Source: a virus. From it: a stretch of 64,000 bases of DNA. This document shows, piece by piece, positions 19,194 to 29,974 of this stretch. The stretch lies in the IMG/VR virus record IMGVR_UViG_3300026484_000110; one strand, 5' to 3'. The notes below the pieces were generated by a model. It did no database searches, was not told where the DNA came from, and saw only the letters and a list, made by a program, of their open reading frames with translations. The translations under genes were made by a program, and so were the position numbers. Each line of letters starts with the position of its first letter. Positions within the stretch are counted from its first letter, which is position 1.

Positions 19194-20750
19194 ATGAGCA
19201 TTTTAAGTAAATACACTGAAAATAGTAATCAGACAACATCAGTAGATGGTGATGAGATAGAGATAGGTTATGAGTTGGTGGATTTGTTGGATAATGTAGA
19301 AAAAACAAAACAAATATCTACCGATTTAAATATCCTATATATAGGTTATGAAACAGTATCCAAATTAAATACAGGATTTGAATCTAATTTAATTATGTTA
19401 GGCATAGATCCAGATACAATAAGATTAGGATACGAAGGCAAAGATAATATTTTATCTAAGACTATAACTGCTATAAAAACTGGTATAAAAAAATTATGGG
19501 ATTTTATAGTAGGTATGGTAGAAAAAGTAGTTAACTGGTTTAAGAAAGTATTTAAGAAAATATTCGGTAAAGACAGTGAAGGACTAGAAAAAGTAAAAGA
19601 AGAAAACAAAAGGAAAATAGAAGAATTAGAAGCAATAATTAAGAAAAAAGATCAAGAACTTAGAGAATTAAATATAAATCTTGAAGGTCTTAAAAACAGG
19701 ATTAATAATTATAAAGAAATAATAAATAATCTGGAATCACATAACGCGGAATTACAAGAAAGAATTAATAACGCACGTGAGGATGAAAAAATTCTATCCG
19801 AAGAGAATAAAAAATTATCTCAAGAGCTTCAAAAAACTAAGAAAAAATTGGAAAACTTGGTAGCTAGTTTAAATGCTGCCAATCGTGAGAAAGATTCGTA
19901 TAAAAAAGATTTAGAATTCTATATAGAATTGTTGGAGAAATTCATAGATATTTCCGGTAAAAAAGCTCTTACAATAAGATCAAGGTTAAATAATTTTCTA
20001 GATGAGAACAAACTCGCAAAGTATTGCATGTTGAATGGTGTATCGCCAGTTATAATATTGGATTTTATATCTAGAGTCAGAATGTTGTATAAATACTTAC
20101 TAATGCTACTTGCAGGTAAAGAAGCAGATAGCAAATTAATAGCGATGGCATCTCGATTACCAGCAATAGAAGATGTCGAGAATAGCATTGCACCTATTTG
20201 TTTTAAAGATACATATTTTACTGGAATTAACACAGAAGTAATTGATGAAATAATAAAGCTAGTAGAAAATAAAAATCTAGAAGACATAATGAAAGATACA
20301 GTATTAAAAAATGAATTACAAATTAAATTAGAAAAGGTAATATCAGATTTTCCATATTCTAATTTTGATGTAATAGGAAAAACTACATCTAATACCAAGC
20401 TTTTACTTAATGAATTTGGAAACTTATATGACTTTTTAATAAATATTAAAAAGCACAAATTACTAGATCCATATATAAAAACTTTGGAAAAAGATACAAG
20501 AAGTATAAAGAATATAGTAGATAGCGCATTAAACGGAGAAGCTTTAAGCGATATGCAACTAACTTTAATTAGAAAAGTTTCTAACGATTATAATAAAATA
20601 GTAAATTGTTTTAATAATAATCTAAATTCCATTACAAAAATTATTAACGAGGTAAATAAGTTAGTATTGGAAGAAAAGATTTTAGGTGAAAATACAGATT
20701 TTATACTTAAAAATATAAGTAGTTTAGGTCATCTTTTAGATCGCATATAG
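19194..20750 (+). CDS. Internal head/ejection protein paralogue 4 with a long coiled coil
   Basis: GYE/GFE sites, NLIMLG, IKTGIKKLWDFIVGMVEKV, then a ~110-aa heptad region. Confidence 0.7.
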   Translation: MSILSKYTENSNQTTSVDGDEIEIGYELVDLLDNVEKTKQISTDLNILYIGYETVSKLNTGFESNLIMLGIDPDTIRLGYEGKDNILSKTITAIKTGIKKLWDFIVGMVEKVVNWFKKVFKKIFGKDSEGLEKVKEENKRKIEELEAIIKKKDQELRELNINLEGLKNRINNYKEIINNLESHNAELQERINNAREDEKILSEENKKLSQELQKTKKKLENLVASLNAANREKDSYKKDLEFYIELLEKFIDISGKKALTIRSRLNNFLDENKLAKYCMLNGVSPVIILDFISRVRMLYKYLLMLLAGKEADSKLIAMASRLPAIEDVENSIAPICFKDTYFTGINTEVIDEIIKLVENKNLEDIMKDTVLKNELQIKLEKVISDFPYSNFDVIGKTTSNTKLLLNEFGNLYDFLINIKKHKLLDPYIKTLEKDTRSIKNIVDSALNGEALSDMQLTLIRKVSNDYNKIVNCFNNNLNSITKIINEVNKLVLEEKILGENTDFILKNISSLGHLLDRI

Positions 20751-20804
20751 GAGAGAATTCTCCTATATGTGTTCTCATGAATTATTAATTATAAGGAGTA
20801 ATAG

Positions 20805-21368
20805 ATGAAAAAAGAATACATAGAAACACTTTATTCAAGAGCAAAAAGATGTATTATGGAAAACAAAATCGACTGTCTTGATTTAGAAGAAAATAAAATG
20901 TTATACATCGTAATGTATATTGTTAATTTCCTAAAGGAGAATGAAAAAGATGTTAGTATAGGAGAATTAAGTAGAATATCAAAAATTTATATAGACAGAC
21001 CAGATAATTGTATATTGAAGCCAGTAAACGAATTATTAGAAGATTATTCAGAATTTAAAGATAGTTTTAATTTAGAGAATATCGATAATACGAATAATTG
21101 TCAATTAGTAGATCAGAATCATAGAGATATTATTGCCTTTATGTATAAAAACATATTGTCTAATAATGAATGTTACGAAGAGTTAGTGTTTGATATTAAA
21201 GAATTTGGTGAAAAGACATCTGTTAACTTTACTAATTCTGATAAAGTAAGTGATTTAATAATATTCGCATTTACATTTTATGGATTAACCATAGGTACTT
21301 TATTGTCAGTAGGATTGTTAAAAATATTAGGAATCTACGATGATAACAAGAATAGTATTACTGAATAA
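20805..21368 (+). CDS. Hypothetical protein with a C-terminal TM helix
   Basis: LIIFAFTFYGLTIGTLLSVGLLKILGI near the C-terminus, AAGGAG RBS. Confidence 0.7.
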   Translation: MKKEYIETLYSRAKRCIMENKIDCLDLEENKMLYIVMYIVNFLKENEKDVSIGELSRISKIYIDRPDNCILKPVNELLEDYSEFKDSFNLENIDNTNNCQLVDQNHRDIIAFMYKNILSNNECYEELVFDIKEFGEKTSVNFTNSDKVSDLIIFAFTFYGLTIGTLLSVGLLKILGIYDDNKNSITE

Positions 21369-22755
21369 TACTGAGTTTACAATAGATAGACCTATAGTAA
21401 AATCGGCAATAGATAAGATAAAAAATGATTTATTAAAAAATAAGGAAATGCCTGTTTATTTTATAACTGATAAAGAAGAGGCTAATTTTGAAACAGATTA
21501 TAATATTAAAGATAATAAAACTTATTCTACCCATATGGAAGTAAATGTAGAAAAGATACAAGAATCGGATTACATGTTTAATAATACTGCGGTATATCCA
21601 GATAGTAAAGCTATATTAATGGATAACAATATAGGTTATTTAGTAAATAATAACATCATAAATACTACTTTTAACTTAAATATAAGATTATATAGTAAGA
21701 ATAGAAATGAAATAGTGAGATTAATTAGTTTATTAAAATCTACAGCTATTACAGATAGTAATAGATTAGTAATGGATGTAGAATATTATTATACAATTCC
21801 TGTTCCTGTGTTAGCTTTAACAATTAATATTGCAGAATTATTAAATAAAAAACCTAGTGAATATTTGTTGGAAATATCACGTGTACCTATTGATTATATT
21901 AAATCGAGAACAGATGATTATAAGGTACCTATTGTAAGGGAAATACAACCTAATGTGTTTATTTATTTAATGTCAGAGCCATATGATTTAAAACCTGAAA
22001 AAGATGAAAAAGGTTACTATATAGAATTACAATTTAGTTTTGATATTGAAATACCGAGTTCATTATTTTTAAGATATCCTATTACAGTAAATAACAAACC
22101 TATAGATAAAAAGTTTTTACCAGATGAAATTACGAGAATACATGTAGATGCAAATAATTATTTCACAGAAGCAATGGAAAAGATTAAAAATAATGTAGAT
22201 ATGTATGTTAGGGAATCGGATGTAATTATTAAGGTACCAAATTACGACAGTTTTGATTTTAATAGAATAGCTAAGAAACCTGGTATGGTAAGATTAGTAT
22301 CTATACTGTTAGAAATTTTACCAGAAGATCCTAATTTAATTTTAACACTTGAAGAATTAAAAGCTCTGGGTATTAATGAATTTGTTTTAGATTATCTAAA
22401 GACTAGGATAGGCGATTCATTATTTAAACCAGGATTTGATATTTTTCATTTTGAGTTATTTGAAAATCAAAACTTAAGGGATTTAGGACTTTATTTAAAT
22501 ACAGATGGAGAAATTAGGAGTAGTAAGGAGTTGGATTTAAATAAGACGTATAGGATAGTATTAAACGTAGTAGTGGATTTAAATATAATATTTAGCCCGG
22601 ATGGTTTAAATTATAATTTAGCACAACAATATATAGAAATGTTGAAAAAATTAAATTTACAATATCATTATGAGACTGACAATATCATGTATACAGTAAT
22701 GTTGATGAAGATTATAACAATGACTTTGAATGATTTTAATAAAAATAAGGAGTAA
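21340..22755 (+). CDS. Probable virion structural protein (phiKZ-like core gene)
   Basis: 471-aa ORF in the structural block. LFLRYPITVNNKPI and KVPNYDSF resemble phiKZ-like structural proteins from recall. Confidence 0.5.
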   Translation: MITRIVLLNNTEFTIDRPIVKSAIDKIKNDLLKNKEMPVYFITDKEEANFETDYNIKDNKTYSTHMEVNVEKIQESDYMFNNTAVYPDSKAILMDNNIGYLVNNNIINTTFNLNIRLYSKNRNEIVRLISLLKSTAITDSNRLVMDVEYYYTIPVPVLALTINIAELLNKKPSEYLLEISRVPIDYIKSRTDDYKVPIVREIQPNVFIYLMSEPYDLKPEKDEKGYYIELQFSFDIEIPSSLFLRYPITVNNKPIDKKFLPDEITRIHVDANNYFTEAMEKIKNNVDMYVRESDVIIKVPNYDSFDFNRIAKKPGMVRLVSILLEILPEDPNLILTLEELKALGINEFVLDYLKTRIGDSLFKPGFDIFHFELFENQNLRDLGLYLNTDGEIRSSKELDLNKTYRIVLNVVVDLNIIFSPDGLNYNLAQQYIEMLKKLNLQYHYETDNIMYTVMLMKIITMTLNDFNKNKE

Positions 22756-24228
22756 ATGATGAATATTTTAGAAAAGTATGATGAAATAAATAAAACTGAA
22801 TTTATTTATGAAGAAAGTAAAACTGAGTATGGTTTTGAAGATTTAGATTTAGTTACTATAATTGAGAAAGTAAGAGATGCAGAAGTTGGTTATGAAATGT
22901 TAGCAAATATTGATGATGTCGATAATTTTGAAATTGGTTTTGAAGAAGGGTATCGGTATTTAGAAACTAATTTAAAGGCACTTGGAGTTACATATAGTCC
23001 AGGTTATGAAGGCGTGAAAGATACCATTAAAAACATGGGTGAAAGAATAGGTGATGTTTTACTAAAACTTTAGTACAGTATTAAAGATCTAGTTTCTAAA
23101 GTACTAGATTTTATTAAAAAATTATTAGGTAAAAAAATAGATTCATTTAGTAGATTGGAAGAAACATATAATAAAGTTAGTGAAAATGGTAAGAAAAAAT
23201 TAGTTTTAGAAAAGAATGAATTTGACGATAAAACTAAACAAATTCTAGCATCTAAACTATCATTACCTGTCATATTTAATAAAAACCATTTAGACGGTAA
23301 AGGTTTATTAGAATACTATACTGCAGTAGAAGACAAAATGAAAAAGAATACTAAAAATATTGAGAATTATTTTGGTGTTTATGTTTCAACTTTGTCAACA
23401 TTTAATCTTAATGATATTAGAGAAATTGCATACTATTCTGATAAAAAAGGATTTGGTGCGTTAATAGAAAGATTAAAAGACGGTAAAGTAGAATCTAAAA
23501 ATAACGGTGAATTAGATAAGGTAATAAATGATTATTTACAAATGAAGAAGTTATTGGGATTACCTGGATTTGTAGATATTACAGGCGTGAAAGATGATAT
23601 TATTTACGTAACTGGTATAGTTTATAAAGGCGATGTTAAAGAATTGGAAAACGCGTTTAATGATTATAAAGTTTTCTTTAAAAAGATGATTGCTGGTGAA
23701 AAAATTAGTAAAGAAGATTTCAAGTTGAAGATGAAATTTAAAAATGAAGTAGGAAAATTAAGTTTAATTTCGGAAGAAATAATAATAAGAAAAGATTATA
23801 TAAAAAATGCCGAAGTTAAACCTTTAGATCCTAATAAGGAAATTTTACCTCTTATAAAAACGGGTAAATCATTGATAAACGATTTAACAAAAGAGTTGAA
23901 TAACGGTGAAAAAGAATTAGACAAAGTTACAAAAATGATGAAAAAAGTTAATAAAGATTTAAAGACTTTATATATAACTAAAGAAAAGAAGATGGATCCA
24001 GTTAATAGTGCATTGATTATGGGCGTGTTTTATCCTGAAGTATTAAGAGCTATTAAGGTTTTAGATAAAGTAAACGGTGGTGTTATTAGAAACTTTTTAA
24101 AACACAATACAAAATCATTAAACGGTCTTATTAAATCAAATATTTATACATATGGTGTAAAATCTTTAAACTTGTGTAAAGGAATAGAAATTAAATTGTC
24201 AGATAGTAAAGACTTAGTAGTTGTGTAG
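22756..24228 (+). pseudogene. Internal head/ejection protein paralogue 5 interrupted by one in-frame TAG (23071-23073)
   Basis: Tracked ORFs 22756..23073 and 23155..24228 share a frame with no other stop between them. Reads LLKL*YSIKDLVSKVLDFIKKLLGK where paralogues have KLW. Confidence 0.7.
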
Positions 24229-24264
24229 TGGATAATTTGATTAAAAAAAAATGAAGGAGAAATA

Positions 24265-25491
24265 ATGGGTATTTTAGATAGATATGAAGCTTTTGAGGAA
24301 ACAACTGAACCATTTACTGCACCTGGCTATGAGGAGATAGTCGAAGTAGGTACCGGGCTTTTAGAAGCAGAAATGAATAATGTTTCGGCTGGTTTAGAGA
24401 TGATATATGGAGCAACTGTTGCTATGGAAGAAATGCTAGTTAAGATAGAAACTAAACATCAAGAAGGTAAACTTACAGAACTAGATATTGCTAAAGGTTT
24501 TGAAGTAGTAGCTAATATAGAAAGAACTATTTTTGGTAACGAAAGTGTAACTATACCTGGTTATGAATCTGTAGAAGCAGGCTATGAAGGTCTACAGGAT
24601 ATGGCTAAAAAAGTATTAGAAAAACTTAAAGCAGCTATGAAAGGTGTATTTAACGGTTTAAAATCGGTACTTAAAAAACTAGGTAAAATAAGAAGATGGT
24701 TCATGGGTTATAATAAACACCTAGACGATATAGTTAAAGAACTAGAGGAAATGACTGATGTGAAGTCTTTTAAAGTAAAAACTGATAACATCGGACTTAA
24801 TCTTTATTTTAATATTTACAAAGATCTAAATTTTAAAAATATGGAGGACTTTGTGAATACTAATGCTGATCAACTTTTAGATGGAAGTATTAGCGAGGGT
24901 ATACGTAAATTGTATGTCGAGTTGATGAAAATCAAAGGTCCTAAGGACGTTTCTAAATCATTTCCTAAAAATACTACAGTATTAAAAATGTTGGATAAAA
25001 TAGATTGTAGAATGTTGAACGAATTAAAAAGTTGGAAACCTGATTTAGTATTGGCACCTATAGGTTTTAGTAATAAAAAAGTCGAAATAATTGGTTATAA
25101 ACCTTCTGAAAATAATGAAAAAGTTGATTATAAAAGAGCAATGTGCTCAGGTATAGTACCTAAAGTAGATGAAATTACTATTAAAAGAGAAGATCTTATT
25201 AAACTTGTAAAAGATAGTAAAAAACTTTATAAAGTTATGAAGGAAATAGATGATTACTATAGTAAAGGAGTAGCTGAAAACTGGTTAGACGGTATGATAG
25301 ATGACGCAGCTGAAGTAATGGGTGGTCTACCAGGAGCAATAGTAAAATTAGCTAAACAGTTAAAGATTGGTGCAGGAATGCAGCTTATGATAAATACGTA
25401 TTTTGATTCTTTAATTACTTTGTATAACGGTATTGCAAGTTTACCTATTAGGTATGAAGCAATAATTAAAAAATCTGAAAAAATTAAATAG
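24265..25491 (+). CDS. Internal head/ejection protein paralogue 6
   Basis: Five G-[YLF]-E sites in the first ~110 aa, then an amphipathic helix. Confidence 0.7.
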   Translation: MGILDRYEAFEETTEPFTAPGYEEIVEVGTGLLEAEMNNVSAGLEMIYGATVAMEEMLVKIETKHQEGKLTELDIAKGFEVVANIERTIFGNESVTIPGYESVEAGYEGLQDMAKKVLEKLKAAMKGVFNGLKSVLKKLGKIRRWFMGYNKHLDDIVKELEEMTDVKSFKVKTDNIGLNLYFNIYKDLNFKNMEDFVNTNADQLLDGSISEGIRKLYVELMKIKGPKDVSKSFPKNTTVLKMLDKIDCRMLNELKSWKPDLVLAPIGFSNKKVEIIGYKPSENNEKVDYKRAMCSGIVPKVDEITIKREDLIKLVKDSKKLYKVMKEIDDYYSKGVAENWLDGMIDDAAEVMGGLPGAIVKLAKQLKIGAGMQLMINTYFDSLITLYNGIASLPIRYEAIIKKSEKIK

Positions 25492-25516
25492 TAAAGAGGA
25501 AATATCCTCTTTACTA
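25489..25516 (+). terminator. Hairpin terminator overlapping the TAG stop
   Basis: tagtaaagagga-aata-tcctctttacta. Confidence 0.7.
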
Positions 25517-25557
25517 ATATCCCTTTCTTTCTGTGAAAGAAAGTATTTAAGGAGATA

Positions 25558-26817
25558 ATGATGCCTATATTTAGTGTAAAAGAAGATATAAAGGTAAACG
25601 TTGAAGAAACAAAAGTAGATAATACTAGAATAATGGAAACAGATGAACCTAATACTATTATTTTAAATCAGATAGGCGGTTATAAATGGAAGGTAAATTA
25701 TTTTAATTTAATTACCAACATAACTGATTACCAATCTGATTTTGATTTGTCGTTAGATTTACCGATTACCGAGTATAACGAAATAAAGGACTTAATTATA
25801 TTTTTAAATTCACCATTAGATAATAGCAAGCCCGACGATATTACGGGAGAAGGTATTATCCTATTATCTGTCTTGCCTAAATTAGGAGATTTATTTATAG
25901 CGAATTTAATGGATGGAAGAAAAGGATTGTTTATTTTAACTGGTGTTACTAGAGGCGTATACAATAATAGAGATGTATATAAAATTAACTTTAAACTATA
26001 TTACATAATAGACAATACAAACATAGAGATAGTGAAAAGATTAAAAGAAAAAACCGTTAATAGTTTTTATTATAACGACAGATATGGAATAGAAAATAAC
26101 CAACAAATATATACTACTGAACAGTATGTAGATGTAAATTTCTTTAAAGCAGAATTATCTAACTTAATATCATTTTTTAATAGAAGAATGATTTTACCTA
26201 CTAATTACAACATAATAGGTTATAAAACACTTAATGGAATTATCTATGATCCAAATTTAGAATACTTTATTAAAAGAGTCATTGGTGTATCCAATTTAAA
26301 AAGAGATGTTTATCTTTATGATTTAGATAAACAGATATCTATATTAGACTATATGATAGATGATTCTATTATGATAGAAGAGATTAAACGATACAGGAAC
26401 TTAAAGTTCGTTACAGAATACGGTAATAATGTTTATTTAAAACCTATTAGATATAGTCCTGTAAATTGGGTAGTGAAACTAGAAAATGTCTATAACACTC
26501 CGGAAATTGATGAAAATTTCGAAAATAATGAAAATGAATATTATCCGCCATTGAATAAAAAAAGTTATATATTTTCAGAAGACTTTTATGATGTTTTATT
26601 TGGTATTAAAGTAATAGAAGATACTAACTTAACGTTATTTGAAAATGTGATATTAAAATTAATAGATAAGGAACCTATTGATAAAAATGATATTTTAACT
26701 TTAATACGTAGTAAAGAGGATTTGAGTGTTGTACAACAATTATATTTTATACCTATTTTATATTTTATTATAAAATACTATTTAAACAGTTTTACTACTG
26801 TTAGTATAGGAGAATGA
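25558..26817 (+). CDS. Virion structural protein (phiKZ-like core, possibly neck/head completion)
   Basis: GYKWKVNYF, LPKLGDLFIANLMDGRKGLF, YDPNLEYF motifs recalled from phiKZ-like structural proteins. Confidence 0.55.
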   Translation: MMPIFSVKEDIKVNVEETKVDNTRIMETDEPNTIILNQIGGYKWKVNYFNLITNITDYQSDFDLSLDLPITEYNEIKDLIIFLNSPLDNSKPDDITGEGIILLSVLPKLGDLFIANLMDGRKGLFILTGVTRGVYNNRDVYKINFKLYYIIDNTNIEIVKRLKEKTVNSFYYNDRYGIENNQQIYTTEQYVDVNFFKAELSNLISFFNRRMILPTNYNIIGYKTLNGIIYDPNLEYFIKRVIGVSNLKRDVYLYDLDKQISILDYMIDDSIMIEEIKRYRNLKFVTEYGNNVYLKPIRYSPVNWVVKLENVYNTPEIDENFENNENEYYPPLNKKSYIFSEDFYDVLFGIKVIEDTNLTLFENVILKLIDKEPIDKNDILTLIRSKEDLSVVQQLYFIPILYFIIKYYLNSFTTVSIGE

Positions 26818-26818
26818 A

Positions 26819-27322
26819 ATGAATGGTTATGTTAGTCCAGTTACTATAAAAATGCAAGCATACGAGAAATTAAACAAAAGATTGATTTTAGTAAGAGTAC
26901 CCCAAGTAGCACTATATTCAGAAGAAGAATTAAAAGTTATGGGTATACCAATTAATATTGTAGATGGTAAAGAGGATAAGAAATCAATTACACAATATAC
27001 TACAGTAATGTTACCTTTAAGTAAAATATTAGATATTTACAGTAATGGATTTACAATTAGAATAGTGAATTCGGATGAAATACCTGCTATTGCTGAATTC
27101 TTAACAGAAGTTTTAGATTTATTAGAATATAGCTTAAATGTAACCGATACTGAATTGAAAGATAAAATTAAAATGTTTTTAGATGGAGTAATAGATTTGA
27201 ATAAAGATTACATTGTTAATAAAATTAATGAGCAAATTAATGATGATGGACTAGAAGATGACTTATTTATGTCTTCTGAAAGAATTAGACCAAAAATTGA
27301 CATTAGTAAATTAGAAGTTTAA
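26819..27322 (+). CDS. Conserved phiKZ-like hypothetical/structural protein
   Basis: Coupled to the previous gene, LVRVPQVALYSEEELKVMG motif. Confidence 0.55.
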   Translation: MNGYVSPVTIKMQAYEKLNKRLILVRVPQVALYSEEELKVMGIPINIVDGKEDKKSITQYTTVMLPLSKILDIYSNGFTIRIVNSDEIPAIAEFLTEVLDLLEYSLNVTDTELKDKIKMFLDGVIDLNKDYIVNKINEQINDDGLEDDLFMSSERIRPKIDISKLEV

Positions 27323-27333
27323 AAGGAGAAATA

Positions 27334-28599
27334 ATGAATTTTTTAACAAAACATTTAGAAGATGAAGTTAAATCAGTATTAGGGTATGAAGAAAGTGACA
27401 AACCAGTCAATCCGTGCGACTTAATAGATTCTATAGAAGTTATGAAACAAAATGAATCGGACACTAGATTGTTAACAGTAGCTTATGAAGATATAGATAA
27501 GATAACTGAATCTAATTTGATTATGTTGGGGATATCACCAGATAGAATTACAACAGGATATGAAGTAGATGCTAAGAAAATGTTATCAGGTATTTTAAAT
27601 ACAATAACTAGACTGATAAATTCCATAGTAGATTTTTTTAATAAGGTATTTGCGTTCTTTTTAACCAGATTAAAGAATAAGAATACTACGCTATATAAAA
27701 TTAAAAAAATACTAGATGAAGCAGATAAAAAAGGGAATATTGTTCCAGAAGGTAATTTTTCAGAACCAGTCAGGATTTTAATTGCTAAAGAAGCAGTCGC
27801 ATTAGACTGGTTCGAAGTAGAACCGAGTGCTAAGGGTATGATAAAATTTTATGATAAAATTGAAAGACAATTAGAAAATAGTTATACAGAATTAGAAGAT
27901 AAATATAAACAGTTAGTATCCGGAACATTAAATAAGAGTTTAATAATGTTTATATTAAGATGGACTTTAGAAGGTAGTAAAAATGCAATATACGATAGAA
28001 CTTATAGTAAATTTTTAAAGAATTTTAAAACTAATGATAAAATAATTAATGTAAGATTAAAAAAGATAGATAGAGTATCTATTAAGTTACAAATAGTTAC
28101 AATCCCTAAAGATAAACTTGATGAAGCAATAAATGCAGCTAAAAACGGAGATATTAAAAAGACAAAACAATTGTTACAAAGTATTAAAAAGCATGACTAT
28201 AGTGTGGAGATTACGAAAGAACTTTATGAAGGTCTTTTGAAAAAAATAACAGAACCTTTAGATTTTGTAGAGGTCGGTGAAGTAGTAAATACAGGTATTA
28301 AAAAATATTCAGATGTAGAAAAAATTGTCAATAAGTCTAATAAATTAATTAAAGATGTTAAAGTAAAGGTAGAGAAATTTGTTAAATCAGCTGAAAAAGA
28401 TGCTGATGAAGACATGGTCGCAGTAGCTAGTATTCTGTCAAACTACATAATAGGTGATGTAAGAGATGATTTAAATAATGTAGTTAAGTTATCTGAATAT
28501 ATTATAAAACCACCATTTACAAATTGGCTAATAGAATCCATTAAAACATGGGGTAATTATTATAAGAAAAAGTTAAATGAAAGATTTAAAAAATATTAG
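27334..28599 (+). CDS. Internal head/ejection protein paralogue 7
   Basis: LGYE, AYE and TGYE sites, NLIMLG, amphipathic helix ILNTITRLINSIVDFFNKVF. Confidence 0.7.
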   Translation: MNFLTKHLEDEVKSVLGYEESDKPVNPCDLIDSIEVMKQNESDTRLLTVAYEDIDKITESNLIMLGISPDRITTGYEVDAKKMLSGILNTITRLINSIVDFFNKVFAFFLTRLKNKNTTLYKIKKILDEADKKGNIVPEGNFSEPVRILIAKEAVALDWFEVEPSAKGMIKFYDKIERQLENSYTELEDKYKQLVSGTLNKSLIMFILRWTLEGSKNAIYDRTYSKFLKNFKTNDKIINVRLKKIDRVSIKLQIVTIPKDKLDEAINAAKNGDIKKTKQLLQSIKKHDYSVEITKELYEGLLKKITEPLDFVEVGEVVNTGIKKYSDVEKIVNKSNKLIKDVKVKVEKFVKSAEKDADEDMVAVASILSNYIIGDVRDDLNNVVKLSEYIIKPPFTNWLIESIKTWGNYYKKKLNERFKKY

Positions 28600-28663
28600 T
28601 TAAATTTTCTAGTCAGATATTTTTCTGACTAGAACATAATTGTTTCTTTTAAAGGATTATAAA

Positions 28664-29971
28664 ATGTCATATACAGTAAAATTATTAGAAAACGAAGTAT
28701 CAGAAGTTTTAAGCAACAGTAAAAAGTTTGAATTTCCAGATATAAAATTGTATTTGCATGGTGAAGACTTTGATATGCCTATTACATATCCTATTTTTTT
28801 AGATATAAATAAAAACTATAATTCTAACTTATTTTCAGAAATTACAGTAGAATTTGGTATAGGTATGGGTGATTATGTAAATTATATTTTTAAAAATAGA
28901 GATAATTTGGAAATGACTATCCAGATAGATTATCCAGAATTTTCAGATATAAAGAGGTATTCATTCATACCGTTGAATGTAGATAAAAAATCAGATACTA
29001 CTAGATACAGCCACATGGACGGTGAAGATTTAAATAAAATGGATATGGTAACTGTTAAAGGTCAATGCGTAGATCCTATTGTTTTAATTTATAAACAATT
29101 GTTTGTTTCGGGTATTTATAAAAATGTAAATGTAGAAAAAGTTATAAAAGGTTTGTTTAGTAAAAACTTTAAGGATATTAAAATAGCAGGTAGGTCTATT
29201 GATTTTGCTATAGATATGAGAAAACCAGATAATGACAGAACTTATGACCACATTATAATAAAGAGTAATACTAAATTAGCAAAATTATTACATTATTTAC
29301 AAGATTACGACTATGGCGTATATAATGGTGGTATAAACCATTTCATAGAACAAATTAAAGAAAATACATATAGGATATATATTTACCCATTGTTTAATTA
29401 TGAATTATTCGATACATTATTAGAAGATAAAATTATTTTCTATAACAGTAGAATTGTATCTGCCGATTTAAACGATGTCTCGTTTTGGAAAGAGCCTAAC
29501 ACTAGATTATATAAATTAGTAACGTCTTCGATAGAAATAGAAAACAGAGGCAGTATGAATTTGATAGAACACGGAAATGCTTTAAAAGTCACATATCCAA
29601 TAGCCGCAATTAGTAAAGATATGACATTAGTAAACGATAAACAAATAATGTTTGACGTTTATGGTTGTAATGAAATTAAACTTTTAGGAGTTAAATCTAA
29701 CAATATTATAAATCCTATATATACAAACTTTGATGATAATTTATTCAAGTACAGATCTAACATAATTAGGAACAATTTATTAAATGCTAAATTAAAATTA
29801 AACATGGTGGATACTAGGTTTATTAGACCAGGTATGTTAGTAAAATATATACATCAAAGAGGTGATGAAGTAGTAGAAAGGAGAGGTGTGTTGCAATCGT
29901 TATATGAAAGTTATAATTTTATTAAAAAAGAGAATGCTATTTTATTAAACTTTATGATAGAAAGGAAGTAA
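28664..29971 (+). CDS. Probable baseplate hub-like protein (phiKZ gp101-like)
   Basis: DHIIIKSNTKLAKLLHYLQDYDYGVYNGG and RFIRPGMLVK resemble hub-type tail proteins. Start moved from TTG 28640 to ATG 28664. Confidence 0.5.
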   Translation: MSYTVKLLENEVSEVLSNSKKFEFPDIKLYLHGEDFDMPITYPIFLDINKNYNSNLFSEITVEFGIGMGDYVNYIFKNRDNLEMTIQIDYPEFSDIKRYSFIPLNVDKKSDTTRYSHMDGEDLNKMDMVTVKGQCVDPIVLIYKQLFVSGIYKNVNVEKVIKGLFSKNFKDIKIAGRSIDFAIDMRKPDNDRTYDHIIIKSNTKLAKLLHYLQDYDYGVYNGGINHFIEQIKENTYRIYIYPLFNYELFDTLLEDKIIFYNSRIVSADLNDVSFWKEPNTRLYKLVTSSIEIENRGSMNLIEHGNALKVTYPIAAISKDMTLVNDKQIMFDVYGCNEIKLLGVKSNNIINPIYTNFDDNLFKYRSNIIRNNLLNAKLKLNMVDTRFIRPGMLVKYIHQRGDEVVERRGVLQSLYESYNFIKKENAILLNFMIERK

Positions 29972-29974
29972 AAA

